Sequence record: PZ445429.1
Direction: 5' to 3' (one strand)
DNA: 64,000 nt
DNA from: a phage
The position numbers and the translations under genes were made by a program. The notes beneath the pieces were generated by a model, which saw nothing but the letters and a program-made list of their open reading frames with translations, had not been told where the DNA came from and searched no databases. Shown piece after piece: positions 1-9,871 of the stretch. Numbering within the stretch: position 1 is the first letter of the stretch; each line of letters begins with the position of its first letter.

Positions 1-1317
1 ATGAAAGTCTCTAGAGACTATATTAACACCACAGATGTTATTGACTTTGGTATTGACAAACGATTTTTCCGTCTGCCAGTCTCTAGCATTCTAGCTCAAG
101 AGGGAATTACACCTAATGCTCCTCAGATTGCAATCATTAATGCGCTGGAAGACCCAAGACACCGTTTCGTAACTGCGTGTGTATCACGTCGTGTAGGTAA
201 GTCATTCATCGCATATACACTTGGGTTCTTAAAACTTCTGGAACCCAATGTGAAGGTGCTGGTAGTTGCACCTAACTACTCACTGGCTAACATCGGTTGG
301 TCACAGATTCGTGGTCTTATTAAGAAATATGGATTACAGACTGAACGTGAGAACGCCAAAGATAAAGAGATTGAACTAGCGAATGGTTCTCTCTTTAAGC
401 TGGCTTCCGCGGCGCAGGCTGACTCCGCGGTTGGTCGTTCATATGACTTCATCATTTTTGACGAAGCAGCGATTTCCGACGTTGGTGGTGCAGCTTTCGA
501 TATTCAGTTGCGTCCTACTCTAGATAAGCCAAACTCTAAAGCTCTGTTTATTTCCACACCTCGTGGTGGTAACTGGTTTAAAGAGTTCTACGAGAAAGGA
601 TTTAATGAAACGCTACCTAACTGGGTATCTATTCATGGTACATACCGTGATAACCCACGTGCTGACCTGAACGATATCGAGGAAGCGCGTCGTACTGTTA
701 GTAAAAACTATTTTCGTCAAGAATATGAGGCTGATTTCTCCGTATTCGAAGGTCAGATCTTTGATACCTTCAATGCTATCGAGCACGTTAAAGACCTCAA
801 AGGTATGCGTCACTTCTTTAAAGATGATGAGGCTTTCGAAACATTACTTGGTATCGACGTTGGTTATCGTGACCCTACAGCAGTTCTTACTATCAAGTAT
901 CACTATGATACTGATGTTTATTACGTATTAGAAGAGTATCAGCAGGCTGAAAAGACTACAGCTCAACACGCTGCTTACATACAGCACTGTATAGATCGTT
1001 ATAACGTTGATCGTATATTTGTAGACTCCGCTGCTGCTCAGTTCCGTCAGGACTTAGCATATGAACATGAAATCGCTTCTGCTCCTGCTAAGAAATCTGT
1101 CCTAGATGGTCTGGCATGCCTACAAGCACTGTTCCAGCAAGGTAAGATCATCGTAGATGCTTCATGTACCTCACTGATCCACGCCCTAGCGAACTACAAG
1201 TGGGACTTCCAGGAGGGCGAAGAGAAATTATCACGTGAAAAACCACGTCATGATGCGAACTCTCACCTTTGTGACGCACTACGTTATGGAATTTACTCAA
1301 TTTCCCGTGGGAAATAA
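1..1317 (+). CDS. terL: Terminase large subunit (T5 TerL-like, 438 aa)
   Basis: Full-length ORF from window base 1; Walker B-like DFIIFDEAA; C-terminal nuclease-like region; position immediately upstream of portal gene. Confidence 0.85.
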   Translation: MKVSRDYINTTDVIDFGIDKRFFRLPVSSILAQEGITPNAPQIAIINALEDPRHRFVTACVSRRVGKSFIAYTLGFLKLLEPNVKVLVVAPNYSLANIGWSQIRGLIKKYGLQTERENAKDKEIELANGSLFKLASAAQADSAVGRSYDFIIFDEAAISDVGGAAFDIQLRPTLDKPNSKALFISTPRGGNWFKEFYEKGFNETLPNWVSIHGTYRDNPRADLNDIEEARRTVSKNYFRQEYEADFSVFEGQIFDTFNAIEHVKDLKGMRHFFKDDEAFETLLGIDVGYRDPTAVLTIKYHYDTDVYYVLEEYQQAEKTTAQHAAYIQHCIDRYNVDRIFVDSAAAQFRQDLAYEHEIASAPAKKSVLDGLACLQALFQQGKIIVDASCTSLIHALANYKWDFQEGEEKLSREKPRHDANSHLCDALRYGIYSISRGK

Positions 1318-1431
1318 ATAAGTATAGGATGGGATACTACTCAGTTGGTATCCCATTCCTGCATTTTAAAATCCCCTTTACAAATTCGACATGATTATGT
1401 ATACTATATTCATACAGTTGAGGAGAATACT

Positions 1432-1869
1432 GTGGCAGGAAATGTAAAATATAAACGTGATGCTATATCACTCATGCGAGACGGTATAAAAAGTCAATAT
1501 AAAAAAGCCGATCGCTGCGAAATCTGTGGTTGTGGTGAAGAATTAGAGCTTCATCATTACCATACAGTGTCTCTACTAGTTAAAAAATTTGCTAAAGAAC
1601 TCCAATTGGATTTCACTGACGAAGAAACAGTCCTCTCAAATAGGACGGCATTCTATGAAAGATATAGGCATGAGCTAGTAGATGACACTGTTACCCTTTG
1701 TGTCCACCATCACCAACTATTACATAAGGTGTACACTAAAGAACCTCCCCTTTTCTCTGCTAATAAGCAGAAGGCATGGGTTCTTAAACAAAAGGAAAAG
1801 CTACAGAATCCTCAAGAAAAGACACAAGTCAAGACTGAAACTAAATCAGGATTCGCAAGGTTCTTATAA
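1432..1869 (+). CDS. HNH endonuclease (free-standing, between terminase and portal)
   Basis: CEICGCG...HHYH...CVHHHQLLH zinc/HNH motifs; GAGGAG RBS at 1420-1425 followed by in-frame GTG at 1432 (ORF track begins at 1345 with upstream ATG; true start uncertain). Confidence 0.7.
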   Translation: MAGNVKYKRDAISLMRDGIKSQYKKADRCEICGCGEELELHHYHTVSLLVKKFAKELQLDFTDEETVLSNRTAFYERYRHELVDDTVTLCVHHHQLLHKVYTKEPPLFSANKQKAWVLKQKEKLQNPQEKTQVKTETKSGFARFL

Positions 1870-3086
1870 TGGGTTTAAAAAGCTGGATTACTGAAAAGCT
1901 AAATCCGGGTCAACGTATTATAAGAGACATGGAACCAGTTAGTCATCGCACTAACCGTAAGCCATTTACCACTGGACAAGCCTACAGTAAGATTGAGATT
2001 CTCAACCGAACTGCTAACATGGTTATCGATAGTGCGGCGGAGTGTTCTTATACTGTCGGAGATAAATATAATATTGTCACGTACGCTAATGGCGTCAAGG
2101 CAAAGACTCTAGACACTCTCTTAAATGTACGACCTAATCCATTCATGGATATAAGCACATTCCGTAGACTTGTAGTCACTGACCTACTTTTTGAGGGTTG
2201 TGCATACATCTATTGGGATGGCACAGCACTTTACCATGTCCCTGCTGCACTAATGCAAGTAGAGGCAGATGCCAATAAGTTTATCAAAAAATTCATATTT
2301 AATAACCAGATAGACTATCGCGTAGATGAGATTATCTTTATAAAGGATAACAGTTACGTGTGTGGCACAAACTCCCAAATTTCTGGACAATCTCGTGTTG
2401 CTACAGTTATTGACTCTCTTGAGAAGCGTTCTAAAATGCTTAACTTTAAAGAGAAGTTCCTCGATAACGGCACTGTGATTGGTCTTATTCTTGAGACGGA
2501 TGAAATCCTGAACAAGAAATTGCGTGAGCGTAAACAAGAAGAATTACAACTCGATTATAATCCTAGTACGGGTCAGTCTACTGTCCTGATTCTAGATGGT
2601 GGTATGAAAGCAAAACCGTACTCCCAAATATCCTCTTTTAAAGATCTAGACTTCAAGGAAGATATCGAAGGATTTAATAAATCCATCTGTCTTGCCTTTG
2701 GTGTTCCGCAAGTGTTACTTGATGGTGGTAATAATGCTAACATTCGACCAAACATCGAATTGTTCTATTACATGACTATCATTCCTATGCTGAACAAGCT
2801 GACTAGTTCTCTTACTTTCTTCTTTGGCTACAAGGTTACTCCTAATACTAAGGAAGTAGCTGCACTGACGCCAGATAAAGAAGCTGAGGCTAAACATTTA
2901 ACCTCTTTGGTTAATAACGGTATCATGACTGGTAACGAGGCTCGTGAAGAGCTTAACCTTGAACCTTTAGATGATGAGCAGATGAATAAGATTCGTATTC
3001 CTGCTAACGTTGCTGGTTCTGCAACAGGTGTATCTGGTCAAGAAGGTGGTAGACCGCAAGGCACTGCCGATGGGGATAAAGAATGA
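1869..3086 (+). CDS. Portal protein (T5 pb7-like, 405 aa)
   Basis: Size and position after terminase; start overlaps stop of upstream ORF; conserved order portal-decoration-protease-capsid. Confidence 0.8.
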   Translation: MGLKSWITEKLNPGQRIIRDMEPVSHRTNRKPFTTGQAYSKIEILNRTANMVIDSAAECSYTVGDKYNIVTYANGVKAKTLDTLLNVRPNPFMDISTFRRLVVTDLLFEGCAYIYWDGTALYHVPAALMQVEADANKFIKKFIFNNQIDYRVDEIIFIKDNSYVCGTNSQISGQSRVATVIDSLEKRSKMLNFKEKFLDNGTVIGLILETDEILNKKLRERKQEELQLDYNPSTGQSTVLILDGGMKAKPYSQISSFKDLDFKEDIEGFNKSICLAFGVPQVLLDGGNNANIRPNIELFYYMTIIPMLNKLTSSLTFFFGYKVTPNTKEVAALTPDKEAEAKHLTSLVNNGIMTGNEAREELNLEPLDDEQMNKIRIPANVAGSATGVSGQEGGRPQGTADGDKE

Positions 3087-3673
3087 TTGATTATGATGGT
3101 CTAAAGGCCATTTTTGGTGAAAAGCTGCCAGAATCTCATATCTTCTTTGCTACGGTTGCAGCACACAAGTTCGTTCCAAACTATGCTACTCTACGTAAAG
3201 AGTTTGGAATGACCACTGCACATACCAACCGCAAGGTTTGGAATAAGTTCAAAGAAGCATACGAAGTTACTGCTCCGGTTGTTCCAAACTATGCTACTCT
3301 ACGTAAAGAGTTTGGAATGACCACTGCACATACCAACCGCAAGGTTTGGAATAAGTTCAAAGAAGCATACGAAGTTACTGCTCCGGTTGTTCCGGCTATA
3401 GCTTTCACGAAGAATCTGGCTAAAACTCTAGCTGTTGATACTGGTGCAGCAATTAATCTGGGCGTAACAGTTACTGGTGGTACTGCACCATATACTTATG
3501 CTTGGACTAAAGACGGTTCTCCACTTAGTGGTGTTACTGGCCCTAATTTCAACAAAGCTACAGCTGCTGCAGAAGATGCTGGTACTTACAAAGTTGTTGT
3601 AACGGATAGCAAATCTACTTCCATTACTTCTAATGAGTGTGTAACAACTATCAACCCTGCGCTGGGGGCTTAA
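3083..3673 (+). CDS. Capsid decoration protein with C-terminal Ig-like domain (T5 pb10-like), carrying an internal 36-aa tandem duplication
   Basis: C-terminal Ig-like signature (TVTGGTAPYTYAWTKDGSPLSGVTGPNF...AGTYKVVVTD); position between portal and protease; 196 aa, which is 160 aa without the duplicated unit. Confidence 0.7.
   Translation: MIDYDGLKAIFGEKLPESHIFFATVAAHKFVPNYATLRKEFGMTTAHTNRKVWNKFKEAYEVTAPVVPNYATLRKEFGMTTAHTNRKVWNKFKEAYEVTAPVVPAIAFTKNLAKTLAVDTGAAINLGVTVTGGTAPYTYAWTKDGSPLSGVTGPNFNKATAAAEDAGTYKVVVTDSKSTSITSNECVTTINPALGA
3173..3388. repeat. Perfect 2 x 108-bp tandem direct repeat inside the decoration-protein CDS
   Basis: Unit gttccaaactatgctactctacgtaaagag...gctccggtt at 3173-3280 is repeated identically at 3281-3388; in frame (36 codons: VPNYATLRKEFGMTTAHTNRKVWNKFKEAYEVTAPV x2). 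Confidence 0.95.
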
Positions 3674-3676
3674 TAA

Positions 3677-4309
3677 ATGACAAATGCTGCTATTGACTAT
3701 AACAAGTTAAAATCAGCACCGGTTCATTTAGACGCTTACATTAAGTCTATTGATAGCGAATCCAAAGAGGGTGTTGTAAAAATCCGTGGATTCGCTAATA
3801 CAATTAGTAAAGATCGCGCTGGTGACGTAATTCCTGCTTCGGCATGGAAAACGTCTAATGCACTTGCTAACTACATGAAAAACCCGATTATTCTTTTCGG
3901 CCACGACCATCGTCGTCCAATCGGCAAGTGTATTGATCTTAACCCTACTGAAATGGGTCTCGAAATTGAATGCGAGATTTATGAAAGTTCTGATCCAGCT
4001 ATCTTCTCACTAATTAAAAACGGTGTACTGAAAACCTTCAGTATCGGATTCCGCTGCCTAGACGCAGAATGGGATGAAGCTACTGACATATTTATTATTA
4101 AAGATTTAGAACTATACGAAGTTTCGGTAGTTTCTGTACCTTGTAATCAGGACTCAACGTTCAACCTCGCTAAGAGTATGAATGGCCACGATTACACTGA
4201 ATGGCGCAAATCTTTTACTGCAACAAGTTCTAAGGCTGTCCCAGCTCAAGAACGTAATCTTTCTGAACTAGAAAAACTTGCGATAGCTTTAGGCTACGTT
4301 AAAGAATAA
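3677..4309 (+). CDS. Prohead maturation protease (T5 pb11-like, 210 aa)
   Basis: Size identical to T5 pb11; sits directly upstream of major capsid gene. Confidence 0.75.
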   Translation: MTNAAIDYNKLKSAPVHLDAYIKSIDSESKEGVVKIRGFANTISKDRAGDVIPASAWKTSNALANYMKNPIILFGHDHRRPIGKCIDLNPTEMGLEIECEIYESSDPAIFSLIKNGVLKTFSIGFRCLDAEWDEATDIFIIKDLELYEVSVVSVPCNQDSTFNLAKSMNGHDYTEWRKSFTATSSKAVPAQERNLSELEKLAIALGYVKE

Positions 4310-4326
4310 CGGAGAATTATTTAAAA

Positions 4327-5703
4327 ATGACTATTGATATTAATAAGCTGAAGGAAGAACTTGGTCTGGGTGATCTGGCTAAATCTCTGGAAGGTCTGAC
4401 TGCTGCTCAGAAAGCTGCGGAAGCTAAGCGTCTGCGTGAAGAGCAGGAAGAAAAAGAATTGGCTCGTATGAACGACCTAGTATCTAAAGCTGTTGGTGAA
4501 GACCGTAAGCGTCTGGAAGAAGCTCTGGATCTGGTTAAGAACCTGGATGAGAAGTCTAAGAAGAGCGCAGAACTGTTTGCACAGACTGTAGAAAAGCAAC
4601 AGGAAACCATCGTTGGTCTTCAGGACGAAATCAAGTCTCTGTTGGCAGCTCGTGAAGGTCGTTCCTTCGTTGGTGATAGCGTAGCTAAAGCTCTTTATGG
4701 CACTCAGGATGTTTTCGAAGATGAAGTTGAGAAACTGGTTCTTCTGTCTTATATGATGGAGAAAGACGTATTCGAAACTGAACATGGTAAGGCTCACGTT
4801 AAAGCTGTTAACGGTTCTTCTTCCGTTTCCATGTCTAGCGAAGCATACGAAACTATCTTCTCTACCCGTATTATCCGTGACCTGCAGAAGGAACTGGTAG
4901 TTGGCGCACTGTTCGATGAACTGCCAATGTCCAGCAAAATCCTTACTATGCTCGTTGAACCAGAAGCTGGTCGTGCTACTTGGGTAGATGCTTCCAAATT
5001 CGGTACTGACGAAACTGTTGGTGACGAAGTTAAAGGTCAACTGACTGAAATCAGCTTCAAAACTTACAAGCTGGCTGCTAAATCCTTCATCACTGATGAA
5101 ACTGAAGAAGATGCAATCTTCTCCCTGCTGCCTCTGCTGCGTAAGCGTCTGATCGAAGCACACGCTGTTTCTATCGAAGAAGCTTTCATGTCTGGTAATG
5201 GTACTGGTCAGCCTAAGGGTCTGCTGAAACTGGCTGCTGATGATGGTGCTAAGGTTGTTACCGAAGCTAAAGCTGACGGTTCTGTTCTGGTAACTGCTAA
5301 GACTATCTCCAAGCTGCGTCGTAAACTGGGCCGTCACGGTCTGAAACTGAGCAAACTGGTACTGATCGTATCTATGGATGCTTACTACGATCTGCTGGAA
5401 GATGAAGAATGGCAGGATGTTGCCCAGGTTGGTAACGATGCTGTTAAACTGCAGGGTCAGGTTGGTCGTATTTACGGTCTGCCGGTTGTAGTTTCTGAGT
5501 ACTTCCCAGCTAAAGCTGCTTCCGCTGAATTCGCAGTTATTGTTTATAAAGATAACTTCGTAATGCCGCGTCAGCGTGCCGTTACTGTTGAACGTGAGCG
5601 CCAAGCTGGCAAACAGCGTGACGCATACTACGTTACCCAGCGTGTTAACCTGCAACGTTACTTCGAAAACGGCGTTGTATCTGGTGCTTACGCTGCATCT
5701 TAA
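4327..5703 (+). CDS. Major capsid protein precursor (T5 pb8-like, 458 aa) with N-terminal coiled-coil scaffold (delta) domain
   Basis: 458 aa; N-terminal about 150 aa charged coiled-coil (scaffolding-like), HK97-fold-like remainder; strongly host-optimised codon usage (ctg/cgt/ggt) suggesting very high expression; followed by terminator. Confidence 0.85.
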   Translation: MTIDINKLKEELGLGDLAKSLEGLTAAQKAAEAKRLREEQEEKELARMNDLVSKAVGEDRKRLEEALDLVKNLDEKSKKSAELFAQTVEKQQETIVGLQDEIKSLLAAREGRSFVGDSVAKALYGTQDVFEDEVEKLVLLSYMMEKDVFETEHGKAHVKAVNGSSSVSMSSEAYETIFSTRIIRDLQKELVVGALFDELPMSSKILTMLVEPEAGRATWVDASKFGTDETVGDEVKGQLTEISFKTYKLAAKSFITDETEEDAIFSLLPLLRKRLIEAHAVSIEEAFMSGNGTGQPKGLLKLAADDGAKVVTEAKADGSVLVTAKTISKLRRKLGRHGLKLSKLVLIVSMDAYYDLLEDEEWQDVAQVGNDAVKLQGQVGRIYGLPVVVSEYFPAKAASAEFAVIVYKDNFVMPRQRAVTVERERQAGKQRDAYYVTQRVNLQRYFENGVVSGAYAAS

Positions 5704-5724
5704 TACAGGCTTTTCAGCCGATAA

Positions 5725-5750
5725 GGAGAGCTTCGGCTCTCCTTTTTTAT
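5725..5750 (+). terminator. Rho-independent terminator after major capsid gene
   Basis: GC hairpin ggagagc-ttcg-gctctcc followed by TTTTTT. Confidence 0.75.
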
Positions 5751-5762
5751 TGGGAAAAACAA

Positions 5763-6275
5763 ATGCAAATCATCACTGTTGAAGACTACAGACTATATGC
5801 TAATGCAAAGCGACCTGATATGGAAACTCAGGTTGAGATGATGATTAAAGCTGCCAATACGCTGATTACAAGCCTTCTAGGTATGGATGATGCAGATGCG
5901 GTAGATCAATTAATCACTACAAAACCTAGCCGTAGGAAATATTTCCTGAGTTCTCCCTCAGCCACATCTATTACAAAGATGACTATTAACGAGAATGAAA
6001 TAGACCCGGAACAGTTTAAACTGTATCCTGATGGTGTTATTCTCCTTAAGTTTAATCCTCCTGAAGGATATATGGATGTAGAGTATACTCAAGGTGGTTT
6101 CAATCCAATGCCTGAAGATCTTAAACTGGCAGCATGTCTGTTAGTAGATCACTGGCATAAGCAAGATTATCGTCAAGCCAAGACTATTGGTGGTGAGACA
6201 GTTACGTTTAACAATACTAAGTCTGGTATTCCAGAGCATATTCGTACAATCATCGAAGTCTACAGGAGAGTATAA
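5763..6275 (+). CDS. Head completion / head-tail connector protein (T5 p144-like, 170 aa)
   Basis: Position after capsid gene; size; start ATG embedded in conserved ttattgggaaaaacaaATG element. Confidence 0.55.
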   Translation: MQIITVEDYRLYANAKRPDMETQVEMMIKAANTLITSLLGMDDADAVDQLITTKPSRRKYFLSSPSATSITKMTINENEIDPEQFKLYPDGVILLKFNPPEGYMDVEYTQGGFNPMPEDLKLAACLLVDHWHKQDYRQAKTIGGETVTFNNTKSGIPEHIRTIIEVYRRV

Positions 6276-7042
6276 TGGCTCTTTCTAATCTAGCTAGACA
6301 AATTATTAAAGAGCAGCTAGATACTGCAGGACGATCTGAGAATAATAAGAATACTGTTGTGTATACAGTTGAGACAGGTTTGAAAGATCCTACAAGAGAT
6401 GGTACAGTTGCACAGGTATCTTTCAAATTCTCGAAACCAGTATCACAAGACTTATTAAATGTTAGGACAGCATCTATACTGAAGGCTGTTTCTTATAACT
6501 TAGATCTTTCTGGTGATTTAGGTGCTCTAGAGAATCTAATTCAAGCAACCGCAGGTAAACGTTCCGCCGTTGGTAAAAAACGTTCTACCGGTAGAGTTCA
6601 GGTAAACTTTGGAGATCCTAGAGATACTGAAGATGGCTATTCTGGTGCAGTAACAGGTGCTTCCGGTCGTTTCGTATCGAATAGTAACATGCGTGCTATT
6701 CTTGAGATAGTAGCTAAGGAATACTTAATCAAGGATATGAAAAAAGCAGGGGCACCCTTGAAGTTCAGAACTGGTCGCTTTGCTAACTCCTTAAAGATTA
6801 AAGACGTTATGCTACGTGACGCAGAAACTAGTAAAGGTGCTCCAGAGCTGAATGTGACGTATAACTATATGGTTCGTCCTTACTCTGTGTTCAACCCCGC
6901 AGTTTCTACATATCGAAGACTTTCTCTACGACCTTACCCTGGCGCTCGAAACCCTCAAAAACTTATTGGGGAAGCAATCGCAAAAGCTGCAAGAGACCTG
7001 ATTCACTCTAGATATAAAATCAAGGTTAATCAAGGAACCTAA
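6275..7042 (+). CDS. Tail completion protein (T5 p143-like, 255 aa)
   Basis: Position between head completion and tail terminator genes; translationally coupled to upstream gene (overlapping stop and start). Confidence 0.5.
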   Translation: MALSNLARQIIKEQLDTAGRSENNKNTVVYTVETGLKDPTRDGTVAQVSFKFSKPVSQDLLNVRTASILKAVSYNLDLSGDLGALENLIQATAGKRSAVGKKRSTGRVQVNFGDPRDTEDGYSGAVTGASGRFVSNSNMRAILEIVAKEYLIKDMKKAGAPLKFRTGRFANSLKIKDVMLRDAETSKGAPELNVTYNYMVRPYSVFNPAVSTYRRLSLRPYPGARNPQKLIGEAIAKAARDLIHSRYKIKVNQGT

Positions 7043-7045
7043 TAA

Positions 7046-7531
7046 ATGGATCACAGAACAAGTATTGCACAAGCAGTGGTTGACCGAATCACCACACAAA
7101 TGGATGGTTCACAACCTGACGAGTATTTCAATAACCTTTATGGAAACGTTTCTCGTCAAACTTATAAATTCGAGGAAATCCGAGAATTTCCTTATGTGGC
7201 AGTCCATATCGGAACTGAAACTGGGCAGTATCTTCCCTCAGGCCAACAGTGGATGTTTTTAGAACTTCCAATCCTCGTGTATGACAAAGAGAAAACAGAT
7301 ATTCAAGAGCAACTTGAAAAACTCGTAGCTGACATAAAAACCGTCATTGACACAGGTGGAAATTTAGAATATACTGTTAGTAAACCTAATGGATCGACCT
7401 TCCCATGTAAGGCAACTTATATGAGCATTACCTCAGTAGCTACAGATGAGGGTCTACTGGCCCCATATGGTTTAGCGGAAATAAATGTAACAGTGAGGTA
7501 TCAGCCACCTCGTAGGGCACTTCGCAGATAA
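7046..7531 (+). CDS. Tail terminator protein (T5 p142-like, 161 aa)
   Basis: Size and position immediately upstream of tail tube gene. Confidence 0.55.
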   Translation: MDHRTSIAQAVVDRITTQMDGSQPDEYFNNLYGNVSRQTYKFEEIREFPYVAVHIGTETGQYLPSGQQWMFLELPILVYDKEKTDIQEQLEKLVADIKTVIDTGGNLEYTVSKPNGSTFPCKATYMSITSVATDEGLLAPYGLAEINVTVRYQPPRRALRR

Positions 7532-7557
7532 GTTACAGATTAGGAGAATATAAATAA

Positions 7558-8967
7558 ATGTCTTTACAACTATTACGTAATACTCGAATCTTCGTGTCTA
7601 CGGTTAAGACTGGTCACGATAAGACCAACACGCAAGAGATTCTAGTTCAAGATGATATTTCTTGGGGTCAGGACAGTAACTCAACCGATATTACTGTTAA
7701 CGAAGCTGGTCCGCGTCCAACTCGTGGTTCAAAACGTTTCAACGACTCCCTGAACGCAGCTGAGTGGAGTTTCTCTACTTACATCCTGCCTTACTTAGAT
7801 AAGACTACTAGTAAGCAGATCGTTCCGGACTACATGCTGTGGCATGCTCTTTCTAGTGGTAAGCCTATCAACCTAGATGGCGATACAGGTGCTCACACTA
7901 ACGAAACTAACTTCATGGTTAACTTTAAGGATAACGCATACCACGAGCTGGCAATGCTACATATTTACATCCTTACTGATAAAGCATGGAGCTACATCGA
8001 TTCCTGTCAGATCAACCAGGCTGAAGTAAACGTTGATATCGAAGATATCGGTCGTGTAACTTGGTCAGGTAATGGTAACCAGCTGATCCCTCTGGACGCT
8101 GCTCCATTTGATCCTGATACTGTGGGTATTGATGATGAAACTTACATGACTATCCAGGGTTCTTACATCAAGAACAAACTAACTATCCTCAAAATTAAGG
8201 ATATGGATACTGGTAAGGCATATGACATTCCGATCACTGGTGGTAGCTTTACAATTAACAACAACATCACCTATCTGACTCCAAATATTATGTCCCGTGT
8301 AAACATTCCAATCGGTTCCTTTACTGGTGCATTCGAATTAACTGGTTCTCTGACTGCTTATCTGAACGATAAAGCTCTAGGCTCTATGGATCTGTACAAA
8401 GATCTGATTAAGACCCTGAAAGTAGTTAACCGTTTCGAAATCGCTCTAGTACTTGGCGGTGAATATGATGATGAGCGCCCAGCCGCTGTTCTAGTTGCTA
8501 AGCAAGCCCACGTTAACATCCCAACTATTGAGACTGACGATGTACTTGGTACTTCTGTAGAGTTCAAAGCAATTCCTACTGATCTGGATACTGGTGATGA
8601 AGGTTATCTTGGTTTCTCTAATAAGTACACCAAAACTACTATTGCAAATCTGATTGCAACTGGTGACGGTGGTAAAGCAGCTCCGGTTAAGGTAACAGGT
8701 ATTACTGTTAAATCTGCGGGTGATGCAACTTCCGTCGAGAATAGTGCAACTCTTCAGATGACTGTAGATGTTTTACCTGCCGAAGCTACTAATAAGGAAG
8801 TAACTTGGTCTATTTCCTCTGGTACTGCTGCCACTATTGATGCAACTTCTGGGTTACTAACCGCTGATGCTTCTAAGACTGGTGCAGTTACTGTGAAAGC
8901 TGTAGCTAAAGATGGTTCTGGTGTAGAAGGTACTAAGAGCATTACAGTTACTGCTTCTGGTGGCTAA
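7558..8967 (+). CDS. Major tail tube protein (T5 pb6-like, 469 aa) with C-terminal Ig-like (Big_2) domain
   Basis: Size; C-terminal bacterial Ig-like signature (VTGITVKSAGD...TVDVLPAEATNKEVTWSISSG...VTVKAVAKDGSG); host-optimised codons. Confidence 0.8.
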   Translation: MSLQLLRNTRIFVSTVKTGHDKTNTQEILVQDDISWGQDSNSTDITVNEAGPRPTRGSKRFNDSLNAAEWSFSTYILPYLDKTTSKQIVPDYMLWHALSSGKPINLDGDTGAHTNETNFMVNFKDNAYHELAMLHIYILTDKAWSYIDSCQINQAEVNVDIEDIGRVTWSGNGNQLIPLDAAPFDPDTVGIDDETYMTIQGSYIKNKLTILKIKDMDTGKAYDIPITGGSFTINNNITYLTPNIMSRVNIPIGSFTGAFELTGSLTAYLNDKALGSMDLYKDLIKTLKVVNRFEIALVLGGEYDDERPAAVLVAKQAHVNIPTIETDDVLGTSVEFKAIPTDLDTGDEGYLGFSNKYTKTTIANLIATGDGGKAAPVKVTGITVKSAGDATSVENSATLQMTVDVLPAEATNKEVTWSISSGTAATIDATSGLLTADASKTGAVTVKAVAKDGSGVEGTKSITVTASGG

Positions 8968-8971
8968 TTAA

Positions 8972-9871
8972 ATGTACTACTCTCTAATGAGGGAGTCAAA
9001 AGTTATAGTTGAGTATGATGGCAGGGCTTATCATTTTGATGCCCTGTCAAATTACGATATCAATACGTCCTATGAGGAATTTAAAACTCTTCGTAGGACT
9101 ATCCATCGTAGAACCAACTATGCTGACTCTATTATTAATGCACAAACTCCATCTTCAATATCGCTGGCTATAAATTTTAGTAATACCCTTACTGAAGCTA
9201 ACTTCTTTGAATGGATGGGCTTTGACCGAGAGGGTAACACATTCTTACTACCACTTTATAGTACAAATATTGAGCCAACAATGTTTAATATATACATAGT
9301 TAATAAAGATAATAACTGTGTGTACTTTGAGAATTGCTATGTATCTACTGTAGACTTTTCTCTAGACAAAAGCGTTCCTATCCTAAACGTAGGAATTGAA
9401 TCTGGTAAGTTCTCTGAGGTGTCTACTTTTACTCCTGCTGGTTCTATTGTTCAGGGTGAAGTTATGTCATATAGTCCTCCTAGAGTATCTACCAACAGTA
9501 ATGTTTTACCAGCTCTTTTATCCGCTTCTATGTCATTCCAGCAACAATGTTCTTGGAGAGAAGATAAAAGCGTATTTGACATAAACAAAATATATAATAA
9601 TAAGAGAGCTTATGTTAATGAAATGAATGCTTCGGCAACAATTGCATTTTACTATACTAAGCGATTTGCTGGTGATATGTTTTATAATATTGAACCCGAA
9701 ACTGACATACCATTAACCATCCGAAATGAACATATTTCGATTGACTTTCCTTCAGCACGTATAACAAAACGCCTACAATTCTCGGATATATACAGAGTTG
9801 AATGGGATGTAATCCCTACTGCAGACTCTGATCCGGTAAGAATCGACTTCTTTGGAGAAATAAAGAAATGA
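8972..9871 (+). CDS. Tail protein (T5 p140-like collar/tail-tip protein, 299 aa)
   Basis: Size and position between tail tube and chaperone/tape-measure genes; AT-rich, N/Y-rich. Confidence 0.5.
   Translation: MYYSLMRESKVIVEYDGRAYHFDALSNYDINTSYEEFKTLRRTIHRRTNYADSIINAQTPSSISLAINFSNTLTEANFFEWMGFDREGNTFLLPLYSTNIEPTMFNIYIVNKDNNCVYFENCYVSTVDFSLDKSVPILNVGIESGKFSEVSTFTPAGSIVQGEVMSYSPPRVSTNSNVLPALLSASMSFQQQCSWREDKSVFDINKIYNNKRAYVNEMNASATIAFYYTKRFAGDMFYNIEPETDIPLTIRNEHISIDFPSARITKRLQFSDIYRVEWDVIPTADSDPVRIDFFGEIKK

Noticed and set aside
3389-3400. Apparent third copy of the 108-bp repeat beginning gttcc
   Set aside because: Only 5 nt of microhomology (gttcc) before the sequence diverges; this is the duplication junction, not another repeat unit.
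4477-5655. 392-aa ORF on the - strand entirely inside the major capsid gene
   Set aside because: Antisense to a strongly codon-biased, highly expressed gene; low-complexity translation (F/N/S/T-rich), no RBS or promoter; typical stop-codon-free shadow frame.
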